Below are positions 1-8,570 of a stretch of DNA of 61,405 bases, piece after piece. How positions within the stretch are numbered: the stretch's first letter is position 1; the number at the start of each line of letters is the position of its first letter. A program made the position numbers and the translations under genes. A model generated the notes under the pieces. That model was not told the DNA's origin. It ran no database searches and worked only from the letters and a program-made list of their open reading frames with translations. The DNA is from a virus (lineage: Duplodnaviria > Caudoviricetes), in IMG/VR virus record IMGVR_UViG_3300042868_005269, positions 1 through 61,405 of that record. The stretch is one strand, 5' to 3'.

Positions 1-142
1 TTCTTGTCCACCCGCAGCATGCCGTCTGTCATCACCACACGCGCAGTTCCCTGCACGATGTTGTTCGTTATCTTCCCAGCGTACAGCTTGGTTGGCTTGA
101 CGCCAGCTTCACCGTACACCCAATTGCGTTGCTTTGTTTCTT
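1..142. repeat. Terminal direct repeat, left copy (circular assembly overlap)
   Basis: 1-142 matches 61264-61405 except at positions 127, 128 and 137. Confidence 0.95.
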
Positions 143-1808
143 TGTCGTATTCGTTACGTAAGTTCGGATACTTGAGGGTCATGCCCGAGGGCAAGACGAT
201 CTCTTCTTTTCTGAACGTGACGCATTTATACACCACCTCCTCGCCGCCGTAAAGCGACTTCTCCATCAGCTTGCTGCACATGTCCCAGAAGCTCACCACC
301 GGGTGCGCAGTGCTGCGGTAGATGTCGATGATCTTCTTGGCCGCGACGCAGTGGATCAGCAGCTCACGCTCCGTACAGGTGTGGGGAATCTCCCGGAGCT
401 TCTTAACATTCTCGTCCCACCCAACGAAACGGTCGATGTAGGCGGCGTCCACACCGAGCTTCTTTGCAAACGCTTTGTCGTACCTTACAGGCGGAGCGCC
501 GAGGAAGCCGACCAACAACTGCGCCGCAAACGATGCCCACCCGAGTCCGTAACCACACCCGAGCAAAGCGCTTTTCGCAGACTGCCGAAGGTCTGGATGG
601 CTTTCTTTTGAAAGTCCGGGTATGTTGAACATCTGAGCGCCGAACGCAGCGTAAGCGTCACTACCTGAGCGGAAGATGTCGAGCATGTCGTCGTAATCCG
701 CCAGCCACGCGAGAACTCGCGGCTCAATCTGAGAGAGGTCCCCGACAACGAGCTGGCTCCCTTGCGGAGCCATAATTGCTTTGCGTAGGAACGAACCTCG
801 CTTGAGGTTTTGCATGTTGATGGCCGACCCCTTGGCCGCAGTCCAGCGGCCCGTTGCTGCGCCGTAGTAGCTAAGCGGTACCGGGAGCGGGCCCCTGCCC
901 GAGATGTCCAAGAACCTCTGCGCACGCGTGCGCTCGGTTGTAGACTTGACCCTAAGACGCGCTTCGCAAAGAAGGGCAACGTCTTCACGTTCACCGTTGA
1001 GCAGCGCTTGAAATAGCGCGTCATTCTTTGCAAAAGCAAACGCCTCCTTCCCAGTGGTCTTGCTGACTTTCGTAGGGGGATTGACGCCCATGAGCGTGAG
1101 TACCTCCGCAAACTTAGGGTTCGACGCAAGCGCAGATTCCTCGATGCCGAGTTTTTTAAGTAGGCCTTCACGTTTCTCTCCTTCTTCTGATAGTGCTTTG
1201 ATGAGCATCTCACGGTCGAGCTCAAGGCAAGCGTTGGTGTACATGCGCAGGGTCATGTCGATGAGGCGCAGCTCCTTGGCGGGGTACCCCTCGATCAAGC
1301 GCAAGAATATCTGCTCACACAACCACGTGTCGTGGCAGCAGTAGTCAGCAAGGATGGCCTCCACATCGGCAGGCAGCTCGTCCAGAATGTTCTCGGACGG
1401 AGACAGCCCATCACCCTTGGGCGGTAGGTTAAACATCTCCGCGAGTTTCTTCAGGCTGTTGCCCACCTCCACACCGCGCAGCGCACGGCCCATGGACAGC
1501 GTGTCGAAGATGAACGCAGGCTTGGCGTTGTAGCGCCAGCACATGATGGACACATCGAACAGTGCGTTCTGTGCAACCACCGCAGTGCGGCTCCAGTCGA
1601 TCAACGCAAAGAACTTGGGCAGGTCCTTGCGTGTCACCCATACTGCGCCTTCATCGCTGCCCAGAGGCTTCCAAGACAGGCCCCATGCTTTGAAGCGGGG
1701 GTCACGCACGTACTCCTCGTTGGTCTGACACGAGAAGCCCAGCTTAACGCCGCGCCCCCACGAAGTTTCAAAATCCAACACGATGATGTTGTCGTATGGT
1801 GCAGTCAA
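1..1808 (-). CDS. polA: DNA polymerase family A, N-terminal and central part; continues across the circular junction into 61086-61263
   Basis: Manual translation from TTG at 1808 (overlaps upstream stop): exonuclease I motif VLDFET, motif A GDLSQIEPRVLA, motif B RQSAKSALLGCGYG. Frame is consistent down to position 1. Missing from the ORF track because it runs off the edge. Confidence 0.93.
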   Translation of the reverse strand, partial: MTAPYDNIIVLDFETSWGRGVKLGFSCQTNEEYVRDPRFKAWGLSWKPLGSDEGAVWVTRKDLPKFFALIDWSRTAVVAQNALFDVSIMCWRYNAKPAFIFDTLSMGRALRGVEVGNSLKKLAEMFNLPPKGDGLSPSENILDELPADVEAILADYCCHDTWLCEQIFLRLIEGYPAKELRLIDMTLRMYTNACLELDREMLIKALSEEGEKREGLLKKLGIEESALASNPKFAEVLTLMGVNPPTKVSKTTGKEAFAFAKNDALFQALLNGEREDVALLCEARLRVKSTTERTRAQRFLDISGRGPLPVPLSYYGAATGRWTAAKGSAINMQNLKRGSFLRKAIMAPQGSQLVVGDLSQIEPRVLAWLADYDDMLDIFRSGSDAYAAFGAQMFNIPGLSKESHPDLRQSAKSALLGCGYGLGWASFAAQLLVGFLGAPPVRYDKAFAKKLGVDAAYIDRFVGWDENVKKLREIPHTCTERELLIHCVAAKKIIDIYRSTAHPVVSFWDMCSKLMEKSLYGGEEVVYKCVTFRKEEIVLPSGMTLKYPNLRNEYDKETKQRNWVYGEAGVKPTKLYAGKITNNIVQGTARVVMTDGMLRVDK

Positions 1809-2089
1809 TTAAACATCTCCTTGGGTGGTGCATTGCGCAGCACCATTGCCTGTGCCATCTCGTTTGCTTGACCGAGCATCTCGGCCAGCTCCATCTCGTC
1901 AGCGCCAGCGCAGAACGTCAGCAGTGACTCCCCAGTGTCGATAACCACGACGGCTTTGTGGGGTGCGTTTTCGTTGTAGCACTTGGCCAGCATCAGGATC
2001 AACCTCCCGAAGTGATCGCGCAGCCCCTCATCACTGTTGCGCAAGTCTTCTATCGCGGCAGTCCACGACTCTTGTGTCAGCTTATCCAT
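1805..2089 (-). CDS. Hypothetical protein
   Basis: 94-aa ORF coupled to both VRR-NUC and polA. Confidence 0.7.
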   Translation of the reverse strand: MDKLTQESWTAAIEDLRNSDEGLRDHFGRLILMLAKCYNENAPHKAVVVIDTGESLLTFCAGADEMELAEMLGQANEMAQAMVLRNAPPKEMFN

Positions 2090-2373
2090 GCCAGCAACCT
2101 TTCTTCTAGTTCATCAAGGCAGGTCTCGTTCACCACGAACGTGAACCCACCAGCGTTACAGATCGCAATCAACTCACGCTCTTGCAGCGCAGTGGGCTTG
2201 CCCTTGCCAGCCTTGCACTCGATGGCAATGAACTTGCCATTCTTGCAGCCGATGATGTCGGGTATCCCCGAGCGCCCCAGCCCCATGCCCGGAGGCATGA
2301 AGTAGTAGATGCCGTGGCTGGCCAGCATCTTGCGCACAGCGTTCTTGACCTTCTTCTCTGGGGTGTCAGCCAT
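2077..2373 (-). CDS. VRR-NUC / Holliday-junction-resolvase-like PD-(D/E)XK nuclease
   Basis: TPEKKVK...GIPDII...FIAIECKAG...TALQ motif pattern; start at MADTPE. Confidence 0.85.
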   Translation of the reverse strand: MADTPEKKVKNAVRKMLASHGIYYFMPPGMGLGRSGIPDIIGCKNGKFIAIECKAGKGKPTALQERELIAICNAGGFTFVVNETCLDELEERLLAWIS

Positions 2374-2374
2374 G

Positions 2375-2617
2375 TCAGTACCCCCTGAACTCTTTGAGTT
2401 TTTGCATGTAGTGCTTGGCCTTGCCAGCGTCATCGCTGCCGTCCTTGCGCCCAGCACGCAGGCTGTACTTGATGACGTTGCCTTTGAGGAAGCCTACGAA
2501 CTCCTCGGGGCTGAGCACTGCCTCCATGATGTGCCACGGCTGGATGGGCATGTCCTTGTAGTGGTTGCCGCTGACTTGGATGTCATCAGCAGTTACTCCG
2601 TTTACGTTTTGTTCCAT
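2375..2617 (-). CDS. DUF3310-like protein
   Basis: QVSGNHY...IQPW...GFLKGNVIKYSLRAGRK...D..KAKHY; GGAG RBS before MEQNV. Confidence 0.8.
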   Translation of the reverse strand: MEQNVNGVTADDIQVSGNHYKDMPIQPWHIMEAVLSPEEFVGFLKGNVIKYSLRAGRKDGSDDAGKAKHYMQKLKEFRGY

Positions 2618-2618
2618 T

Positions 2619-2867
2619 TCACTTTCTCCTTCGTTGGTTGTCGGGTTTGGGGCAATTCTCTGGTGGCACAACGACACACCAGATGGCTGTTGGTGGGTTA
2701 CCGCTTCGGCGCAGCCATCTGTCGATGTATGCGTCAGGCATTGTGCTGAGTAGTTTACGGATGTTGCTTGGCTCACGCTCAAGGTGGTTGGCCATGGTGC
2801 CCACATCCAGCCCATCAGGGTTGTCCTTGAGCAGCATACGCAGGGACTGCGTGGCGTTGGTTCTCAT
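2619..2867 (-). CDS. Small winged-helix/HTH-like protein
   Basis: LRMLLKDNPDGLDVGTMANHL...IRKLL...YIDRW pattern; packed in operon. Confidence 0.55.
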   Translation of the reverse strand: MRTNATQSLRMLLKDNPDGLDVGTMANHLEREPSNIRKLLSTMPDAYIDRWLRRSGNPPTAIWCVVVPPENCPKPDNQRRRK

Positions 2868-3076
2868 AGCTCGTGCTTGTTGAGTGAGGGTTTAACACCG
2901 GGATGCGCCCGGCTGTGGACGCTGAACTGTTTGTACGCAATCACGTTCTGTTCCTTGGTTAGATTTTCATACACCTTGGCGTTCTTTGGCCGAAAGTGAA
3001 CGTCCAGAGTAAACACGCTCGGTCTTGGGTTGTGCGCCCAGTGGAAGGGCGAGTCGGTGTGGCACTTACATTTCAT
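2864..3076 (-). CDS. Hypothetical protein
   Basis: ATGA-type overlaps with both neighbours. Confidence 0.6.
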   Translation of the reverse strand: MKCKCHTDSPFHWAHNPRPSVFTLDVHFRPKNAKVYENLTKEQNVIAYKQFSVHSRAHPGVKPSLNKHEL

Positions 3077-3222
3077 GTGTTCCCCTTAAAGTATTTCCAA
3101 ACTTTGAACACGGTGTACGGGATAAACCAGATTGGCAGTGTCAAAAGAACCAAGCTCACAATGACCATAAGCCACGCATACTCCATGAACCACAAAACTG
3201 TTTCAGTGAAAGTGTCGGTCAT
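3073..3222 (-). CDS. Small membrane protein
   Basis: Hydrophobic WLMVIVSLVLLTLPIWFIPY; start-stop overlaps. Confidence 0.6.
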   Translation of the reverse strand: MTDTFTETVLWFMEYAWLMVIVSLVLLTLPIWFIPYTVFKVWKYFKGNT

Positions 3223-3473
3223 GTGTTCCCCCTTGCTCGGATGGCTTCGGCACATAGATAGGCTTCTAAAGCGGCGGCGTTCGCCTTTTTGTTTTGCGTT
3301 TCAATTGCAATCTTTTTGCATCGCCAAGCATCGTTCTCACACACCTTCGCGCACTCATCACGCTCATCAGCACGGACATACTCAACAAGGCGGTCAAGAG
3401 CTTCGTTGCTACCTGTAATTCGGAAATTCAAATTGAAGCCAGCCTCACGGGCCATGTCTATCGTGGTTTTCAT
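3219..3473 (-). CDS. Hypothetical phage early protein
   Basis: MAREAG...ERDECAKVCE...AEAIRARG pattern typical of small phage ORFs; coupled to neighbours. Confidence 0.65.
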   Translation of the reverse strand: MKTTIDMAREAGFNLNFRITGSNEALDRLVEYVRADERDECAKVCENDAWRCKKIAIETQNKKANAAALEAYLCAEAIRARGNT

Positions 3474-3691
3474 TTCATTCCTTTCAGCATCTCTGCCCTG
3501 CAATCGTTCCAGCCCTGCACATATTGGGGATGCTCACCCTCTCGCGTGCCAAAAGCATCGGGCACGGCTGGCTGTGCCAAAGCCATGCCACCCACAACAT
3601 CAATCAGCCTGTGTATCTCAACCACAAGCGCCGCCGTTGTTTCAGCATCTACTGGCACAACTGCGTTCGGAAATAGCCATTCTTCGTTCAT
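3470..3691 (-). CDS. Hypothetical protein
   Basis: Ends YVQGWNDCRAEML; ATGA overlaps; RBS present. Confidence 0.65.
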   Translation of the reverse strand: MNEEWLFPNAVVPVDAETTAALVVEIHRLIDVVGGMALAQPAVPDAFGTREGEHPQYVQGWNDCRAEMLKGMK

Positions 3692-3915
3692 GTGTTCTTC
3701 TCCTTGAGTCTTTGAATCATCGCCTTGGCTTCAACCGGGTCAACGTCAAACCCGCTCAACTCCTCATCCGTCAGCCCAACCCACTCACGCTTTGGCAGTT
3801 CTTTTTTTGCAAACGTCATGGCTTGCCCCAGTTTCTTGGTCAGCACATCTTCGATCAACGGCACTATGGCCTCTTGCAGGTAGTCACGCAACGCTTCTTC
3901 TTGTTTGGGAGTCAT
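3688..3915 (-). CDS. Hypothetical protein
   Basis: MTPKQEE...EWVGLTDEE...LKEKNT; coupled to neighbours. Confidence 0.6.
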   Translation of the reverse strand: MTPKQEEALRDYLQEAIVPLIEDVLTKKLGQAMTFAKKELPKREWVGLTDEELSGFDVDPVEAKAMIQRLKEKNT

Positions 3916-4007
3916 TTGATAATCCTCAGAAAAGCGCCACACCGAGCGCATTTATAGATTGGTTGGCCCTCGACAGGCTCCCACATGTGTTGCTTGCAGT
4001 TGGTCAT
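3912..4007 (-). CDS. 31-aa putative zinc-finger microprotein
   Basis: Manual: MTNCKQHMWEPVEGQPIYKCARCGAFLRIIK, CxxH...CxxC; ATGA overlap at both ends. Confidence 0.6.
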   Translation of the reverse strand: MTNCKQHMWEPVEGQPIYKCARCGAFLRIIK

Positions 4008-4159
4008 TGCAAAGCTCCCCGCATCTCCCAGCCTACTTGGAAGTACGCCCAGCGCACCTGCGTAGAAGACATTTTGTACTTGCCAGACGCGGTCTTGGAA
4101 AACTCCACATGGCCCTTGCTTCGCATGATGGCTTCAAAGATTACTTGTGCTTTTGTCAT
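4004..4159 (-). CDS. 51-aa hypothetical protein
   Basis: Manual: MTKAQVIFEAIMRSKG...RWAYFQVGWEMRGALQ; fills the gap, GAGG RBS. Confidence 0.6.
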   Translation of the reverse strand: MTKAQVIFEAIMRSKGHVEFSKTASGKYKMSSTQVRWAYFQVGWEMRGALQ

Positions 4160-4162
4160 GCC

Positions 4163-4666
4163 TCACCCCACCAAGACGTTACGCAATGCTTTGAACAGTG
4201 CGATGGCTTGATGCACAGTCAGCTTGTCGATGACATCGTTCGGTGACCACTCTTTAACCTCCGGGGTAGGCTCTGCAACGGGCGCTGCTTTGCGAGTGAT
4301 GGTGACGATCTTGCGTTGCTGTGCTTGAGGCTTCTTGGCCAGCGCCTTGATTGCCCTAGCTGACTTGATCGGCGTGTACTCATTCATCGTGACATAGAGC
4401 AAGTGTGCGCTCTCGCGCATCATGCCTTGCTTGCACATCTGCCCAAGCAGGGAGGTCACAGAGCTTGACTTAAACCCTTGCGTACCCAACGCAAGAGCGA
4501 CCTCTTTGCGGGTCTTGCCGGGGTTGTCTCGCACGTAGTCGAACGTGATGCGGGTCACGTTGTTGGTCACAGTGAAGTAGGGCTTGGCGGACTCGGGCAC
4601 AGGGGGCGAGGCAGGCGGCTCCCAATCGTCGAGGGCTTGGCGTAAAGCAGTTGCGATATCAGGCAT
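4163..4666 (-). CDS. Winged-helix DNA-binding protein
   Basis: FDYVRDNPGKTRKEVALAL...SVTSLLGQMCKQGMM wHTH pattern; AAGGAG RBS. Confidence 0.65.
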   Translation of the reverse strand: MPDIATALRQALDDWEPPASPPVPESAKPYFTVTNNVTRITFDYVRDNPGKTRKEVALALGTQGFKSSSVTSLLGQMCKQGMMRESAHLLYVTMNEYTPIKSARAIKALAKKPQAQQRKIVTITRKAAPVAEPTPEVKEWSPNDVIDKLTVHQAIALFKALRNVLVG

Positions 4667-4693
4667 GAGGTTCTCCTTGTTGATAGGGAAAGA

Positions 4694-4909
4694 TTACTTG
4701 AGGCGATGGATGCGAGGCACAGCGAACCACGGCTCAGTGGTGTCGGCAATGACAGGTGGTTTCTCGGGGGGTGGGGGTGCGAGCTTCTCCGAGGGTGGAG
4801 CCCATCCGTACTTGCGCCACAGCGCCTGCACGTCAGCCCCGCTGCTCCACTTAAAGTCGGGATGACCTACCGGTATCCACGGCATGGTTTTATTTGCTTC
4901 GATGATCAT
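4694..4909 (-). CDS. Proline-rich hypothetical protein
   Basis: AAGGAG RBS; DVQALWRKYGW.PPS. Confidence 0.6.
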   Translation of the reverse strand: MIIEANKTMPWIPVGHPDFKWSSGADVQALWRKYGWAPPSEKLAPPPPEKPPVIADTTEPWFAVPRIHRLK

Positions 4910-4946
4910 AGTTTTCTCCTTGGGAATGTGTATTGTTTGTCAAGTG

Positions 4947-5135
4947 CTAGACATTTGTCAACATCTTTTTTAGCTGTTGTATTTGGTACTCTATGTTCTG
5001 CCTACGCCGCCATGCTTGGTCGCTGTCTTGCAGGTCAGAGGGGCAGTTACGCACCTGATGTGCGGGTCTAGCGTAGCGGTCGCAGTCTTTGATAGCCTGC
5101 TCAAGCTCAGCGTGTAGTTGCTCTAGTGTTTTCAT
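4947..5135 (-). CDS. Hypothetical coiled-coil protein
   Basis: 62-aa ORF with GGAG RBS. Confidence 0.55.
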   Translation of the reverse strand: MKTLEQLHAELEQAIKDCDRYARPAHQVRNCPSDLQDSDQAWRRRQNIEYQIQQLKKMLTNV

Positions 5136-5138
5136 TCA

Positions 5139-5264
5139 TCACTCCAAGTAAAGAAACACGGCCATGAAGATGGCCAACAATAAAAATATGATGCGCTCAC
5201 CTTTGTCGGTGATGGGCTCGCGGTACGTGGGGATGGGCTTGGCTGGGCCTGTGTATCGTTTCAT
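5139..5264 (-). CDS. 41-aa membrane microprotein
   Basis: Manual: MKRYTGPAKP...IIFLLLAIFMAVFLYLE; ATGA overlap with upstream ORF. Confidence 0.6.
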   Translation of the reverse strand: MKRYTGPAKPIPTYREPITDKGERIIFLLLAIFMAVFLYLE

Positions 5265-5572
5265 TTGAACCCCTCTGCTTTGGCTATTGCATCGCGGGCT
5301 GCGTCAAACGCCTGCACGATCTCGTCGTCCCTGTCAGGGTCGTAGCAGTTGTCCATCATGGCGTACAGTGCCGCCAGTAGGTCAGGTGCAGCGGCCATCA
5401 AGCAAGCGTTTGCCTTGGCATCCTTGAGCGTAGTGCGCTTGTCTCCTTTGACCCGAGCAAGGGGTGCAAAGCCCCCGGACTCGCACGAGACTAGGAACTC
5501 CCCGTTGTGGCCCTCGCGGTAGTGCCAAGGGCCGTCTGTGTAAAAACCTTTGCGGTTTGGTGCGTCGTTCAT
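5261..5572 (-). CDS. Hypothetical protein, TxGPW...ANAxLxAAAPDLL family (paralog of 6766-7077)
   Basis: YTDGPW...ANACLMAAAPDLL...AIAKAEG; AAGGAG RBS. Confidence 0.75.
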   Translation of the reverse strand: MNDAPNRKGFYTDGPWHYREGHNGEFLVSCESGGFAPLARVKGDKRTTLKDAKANACLMAAAPDLLAALYAMMDNCYDPDRDDEIVQAFDAARDAIAKAEGFK

Positions 5573-5597
5573 TTTCTATCTCCTTGGGGTTGTGCTG

Positions 5598-5616
5598 GTG
5601 ATACACCACGTATCAC
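5598..5616. promoter_or_regulatory. Palindromic operator-like site GTGATAC-N5-GTATCAC, copy 1
   Basis: gtgatac accac gtatcac; arms extend to 11 bp (5594-5620). Confidence 0.75.
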
Positions 5617-5627
5617 CAGCGGGTTGA

Positions 5628-6752
5628 TTACGCGGCGTAGGACTGGTCGAATATCTCGGCCAGCACTGCTGTGGGGTCATAGGTCACACTGTTCTTGAGC
5701 GCGTTGGCAAGCACCATCTCGTCGATTTTGTTGCGGTCGATCAGGCGCTCGGCCATCTCTGGGTCTTCGGGCCACACAGACTCACACATCAGCTCTATGA
5801 GCCACTGCTTGGAGCCAGCTTGCGCATCGTACAAAGCCTCCTGAAGCTCGATGGTGTACGAGTCATAGTCGTAGTCGTCATCATCAAGGTGATGCCACTT
5901 AGTCCAGTCGCTTGCATAGGCAGAACTGACACCCGTTGTCGATGGGGTATACCAAGAGGAGTAGTCCATGTACTCAACCACAGTCGGGTCGCGGTCAGTG
6001 GGCAGGGAGTCCCAGTCAATCAGGGCCACGCGGTCGGCCAGTGCTTGGAAGTGGATGATGTCGAGCGACTCCTTGTCGCTGTGCTCAGAGTAGTAGCCCA
6101 CGCTGATGTTGGTGCACTCGGGTATGACCTCGATGAACTCGGCCGTGTCGGTGTACACCCCTGTGTTGTCGGGCAGATACATCAGCGTCATGTCATCGTT
6201 GAGCGCATCACTCAGGGCATCGGCAAACGCATCGGAGCAGCAGCGCCCACGGCCTTGGTGTGTGATCACGCTGTCGATACCCCTGCGGTCAAAGGCAATG
6301 GCCCGGTCGAACTCGGCCAGTAGCTTGGCGTCATGCTTGGCCAGATGCGTAGCCCCGATACCGCCGCACTCCTCACCTTGTGTGAAGATGTAGTAGGCAG
6401 GCACACCGCTGTGCATCAGGTGCATGAGCATCGCCACACCCGCGCCATCATCGGCCCCCAAAGCTGCACCGTCAGCGTACCAGTAGGTAGGCGTCTGCTT
6501 GATCTTGTTGGGGCCTTCCTTGCGGTGCACAGTGTCAACGTGTGCAACGAACAGCGTCCGGTTGGATGCATTAAGGCGTGTGTCCACGTGCAGGTTGCCC
6601 GCCTTGTCGCGCTTGATGCGTGCATCAGCAGGGACACGATCTTCTAACCAGTCAGTCAAGCGGCGTGTACCCTCGCTGTTGTGTGGGCGCATCATCGACA
6701 GCGCACGGGCAAGGGTCTTGTACAAGATGGATTGTTTGTTGAGTGTAGTCAT
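5628..6752 (-). CDS. M28/M20-family zinc peptidase / amidohydrolase
   Basis: Metal-ligand motifs AHVDTVH, GADDGAG, GEECG, AIAFDRRG, YTD, NISVGYYSEH. Confidence 0.85.
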   Translation of the reverse strand: MTTLNKQSILYKTLARALSMMRPHNSEGTRRLTDWLEDRVPADARIKRDKAGNLHVDTRLNASNRTLFVAHVDTVHRKEGPNKIKQTPTYWYADGAALGADDGAGVAMLMHLMHSGVPAYYIFTQGEECGGIGATHLAKHDAKLLAEFDRAIAFDRRGIDSVITHQGRGRCCSDAFADALSDALNDDMTLMYLPDNTGVYTDTAEFIEVIPECTNISVGYYSEHSDKESLDIIHFQALADRVALIDWDSLPTDRDPTVVEYMDYSSWYTPSTTGVSSAYASDWTKWHHLDDDDYDYDSYTIELQEALYDAQAGSKQWLIELMCESVWPEDPEMAERLIDRNKIDEMVLANALKNSVTYDPTAVLAEIFDQSYAA

Positions 6753-6765
6753 GGATGTTTCTCCT

Positions 6766-7077
6766 TCAGAATGTTAATGTTGCTTTGGCGATGGCGGCGT
6801 GGGCTTTCTCTACCCAAGGTGCTTGCCGCTCGTCGTCTTGTTCGCTGTCAATGAACGGCATGAAGTATTGCAGTACCTCCAGCAAGTCAGGTGCGGCGGC
6901 GATCAGTACGGCGTTGGCTTGCCAGTTCACCAGTCGTTCGTCGTCGTCGGTACAGGCAATCAGTGGATGCCATTCGTCGCCATCCTCATGGCGTACTTTC
7001 TGTTCGGCGTAGATGTGCCGCCCTTGGTCGTTGAATTCAGTGCCGACGTACCACGGCCCCGGTGTGTGTTTGTTCAT
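6766..7077 (-). CDS. Hypothetical protein, HTPGPW...ANAxLIAAAPDLL family
   Basis: KHTPGPW...ANAVLIAAAPDLL...AAIAKA. Confidence 0.75.
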   Translation of the reverse strand: MNKHTPGPWYVGTEFNDQGRHIYAEQKVRHEDGDEWHPLIACTDDDERLVNWQANAVLIAAAPDLLEVLQYFMPFIDSEQDDERQAPWVEKAHAAIAKATLTF

Positions 7078-8498
7078 TTGGTTTCTCCATCAGTTTCGTT
7101 GGTTGCTTCTTCAGTCTCTGGCTCAGGCGCATTGTCCGGGTGGTACAGGGAGCCGTCTATCTCTACGTTGTCGGTGTCGTCGGTGTACCAGTTGTTCGAC
7201 TCCTCGCATCTCCAGCAGTCATCTTTGAGCTCGTACTCATGCGTGTCCTCGGTGTAGCAGATGTCATCGTCCTCGTTGTGGTAGTACGCATCACAAGACT
7301 CAACATACACAGCGTTGTCACTGTGCGTGTAGTCGCCGTCATGCAGCTCCACGATGTCGTTGTCGCCAAGCCACTCGCTGTCGTACCAGTCACCCTCTTG
7401 CGTCTGCACTGCGTTCTCGTTGTGCACGTAGTACTCGTGGCGTCTGCGGCCATTCACCCTCGTGTAGTTGTCGATGCAACACGGGCCGACTGTACTGTCG
7501 CCGCCGTAGCCGATCGAGTAACTGTCGTCCTCGTCCATACCCTCGCCGCAGTCATCGCAGGTACAGGTGTGGCCGTTGATGATGCCGCTGGTACTGCACG
7601 CCTCGTACCCATCGTATTGGCTGATGCGGAAGGTGTCGTCCTCCTCGACAACGTGCTGACTACCACCGTCGATGTACGGCATCAAGTACCCCTCACGGCG
7701 TAGCGGATAGCGCATGATGTGGATGTGGTCAGGCCAGCCGCGCCACTTGGCATAACCCAAGCCCTTGAGATACGCCTCGATAGCCTCGTCAGCACCTGAG
7801 TGCGAGCTGTACTCACGCTCTCGTTTGTATGAGCGCACGAACCCCTTGCCGTCATCGCTCTCGTGCACAAGGCAGCGACCCAGCACCATGCCGTCAGTGT
7901 CAGTCCGCACAGCCATGCCCCAGCCAAGCGATGGGTCGTACACCTCATAAGGGTGGCGCTCTTGCTTGTCATGGCACAGGATGTCGAAGCTGCTACTCAT
8001 ACATGAGCGAGGCCCGTGTATGACTGCATGAACCATCTTGTCCATCTCCTTGGTGATGATGGTCGAGCCACCATACGTGTACTTGGCACCGATGTCCCGG
8101 ATCAGGTTCGATGGTGCGTCAGGGAAGTGACGCGTCAAGTACTTGCCGATGGTGGTCACGACAGCCTTGGCATCGCTGTCGCCGTTGTGCATAGCCGCTT
8201 GCTCGTTGCGTGTGTAGGCTATGCGGTTGGGGTCAGTCAGCGCCTTGTGCGGCCACTCAAGCAACAGTTGCTGCCAGTCCTCGGCACGATGCTTGTACTC
8301 GGTCATCATGTCGAACACAGCAGGGTGCAGTTGATGGCGTTCGCGCTGTTGCTTGAACCACGTGCGGCCCTCATACACAAGGCGGTAGTTGCCGTAACCG
8401 ATACGCTCATGCACCCCGTCAGAGACGATGCGTGCGGAGGCGAAGAAGATGTAGTCCATGAAGTAGTGTGCTTCACGTGAGTCTTTCCATGTAGGCAT
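7074..8498 (-). CDS. Early protein with SCM / R-x-L-V / PYID core, zinc ribbon and acidic repeat tail
   Basis: GPRSCMS, GRCLV, YLMPYIDG, CDDCGE, Asp/Glu/Tyr-rich C-terminus; GGAGAAAGCAAA RBS places the start at 8498. Confidence 0.75.
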   Translation of the reverse strand: MPTWKDSREAHYFMDYIFFASARIVSDGVHERIGYGNYRLVYEGRTWFKQQRERHQLHPAVFDMMTEYKHRAEDWQQLLLEWPHKALTDPNRIAYTRNEQAAMHNGDSDAKAVVTTIGKYLTRHFPDAPSNLIRDIGAKYTYGGSTIITKEMDKMVHAVIHGPRSCMSSSFDILCHDKQERHPYEVYDPSLGWGMAVRTDTDGMVLGRCLVHESDDGKGFVRSYKREREYSSHSGADEAIEAYLKGLGYAKWRGWPDHIHIMRYPLRREGYLMPYIDGGSQHVVEEDDTFRISQYDGYEACSTSGIINGHTCTCDDCGEGMDEDDSYSIGYGGDSTVGPCCIDNYTRVNGRRRHEYYVHNENAVQTQEGDWYDSEWLGDNDIVELHDGDYTHSDNAVYVESCDAYYHNEDDDICYTEDTHEYELKDDCWRCEESNNWYTDDTDNVEIDGSLYHPDNAPEPETEEATNETDGETK

Positions 8499-8570
8499 TT
8501 TGCTTTCTCCAGTTTCAGATTTTAGGAAGTGATGGGTATACCGGGATCGGTCGCCACCCATCAAGGCGCT

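Noticed and set aside
485-1225. 246-aa - strand ORF in the track
   Set aside because: Alternative frame inside polA; the polymerase motifs are in another frame
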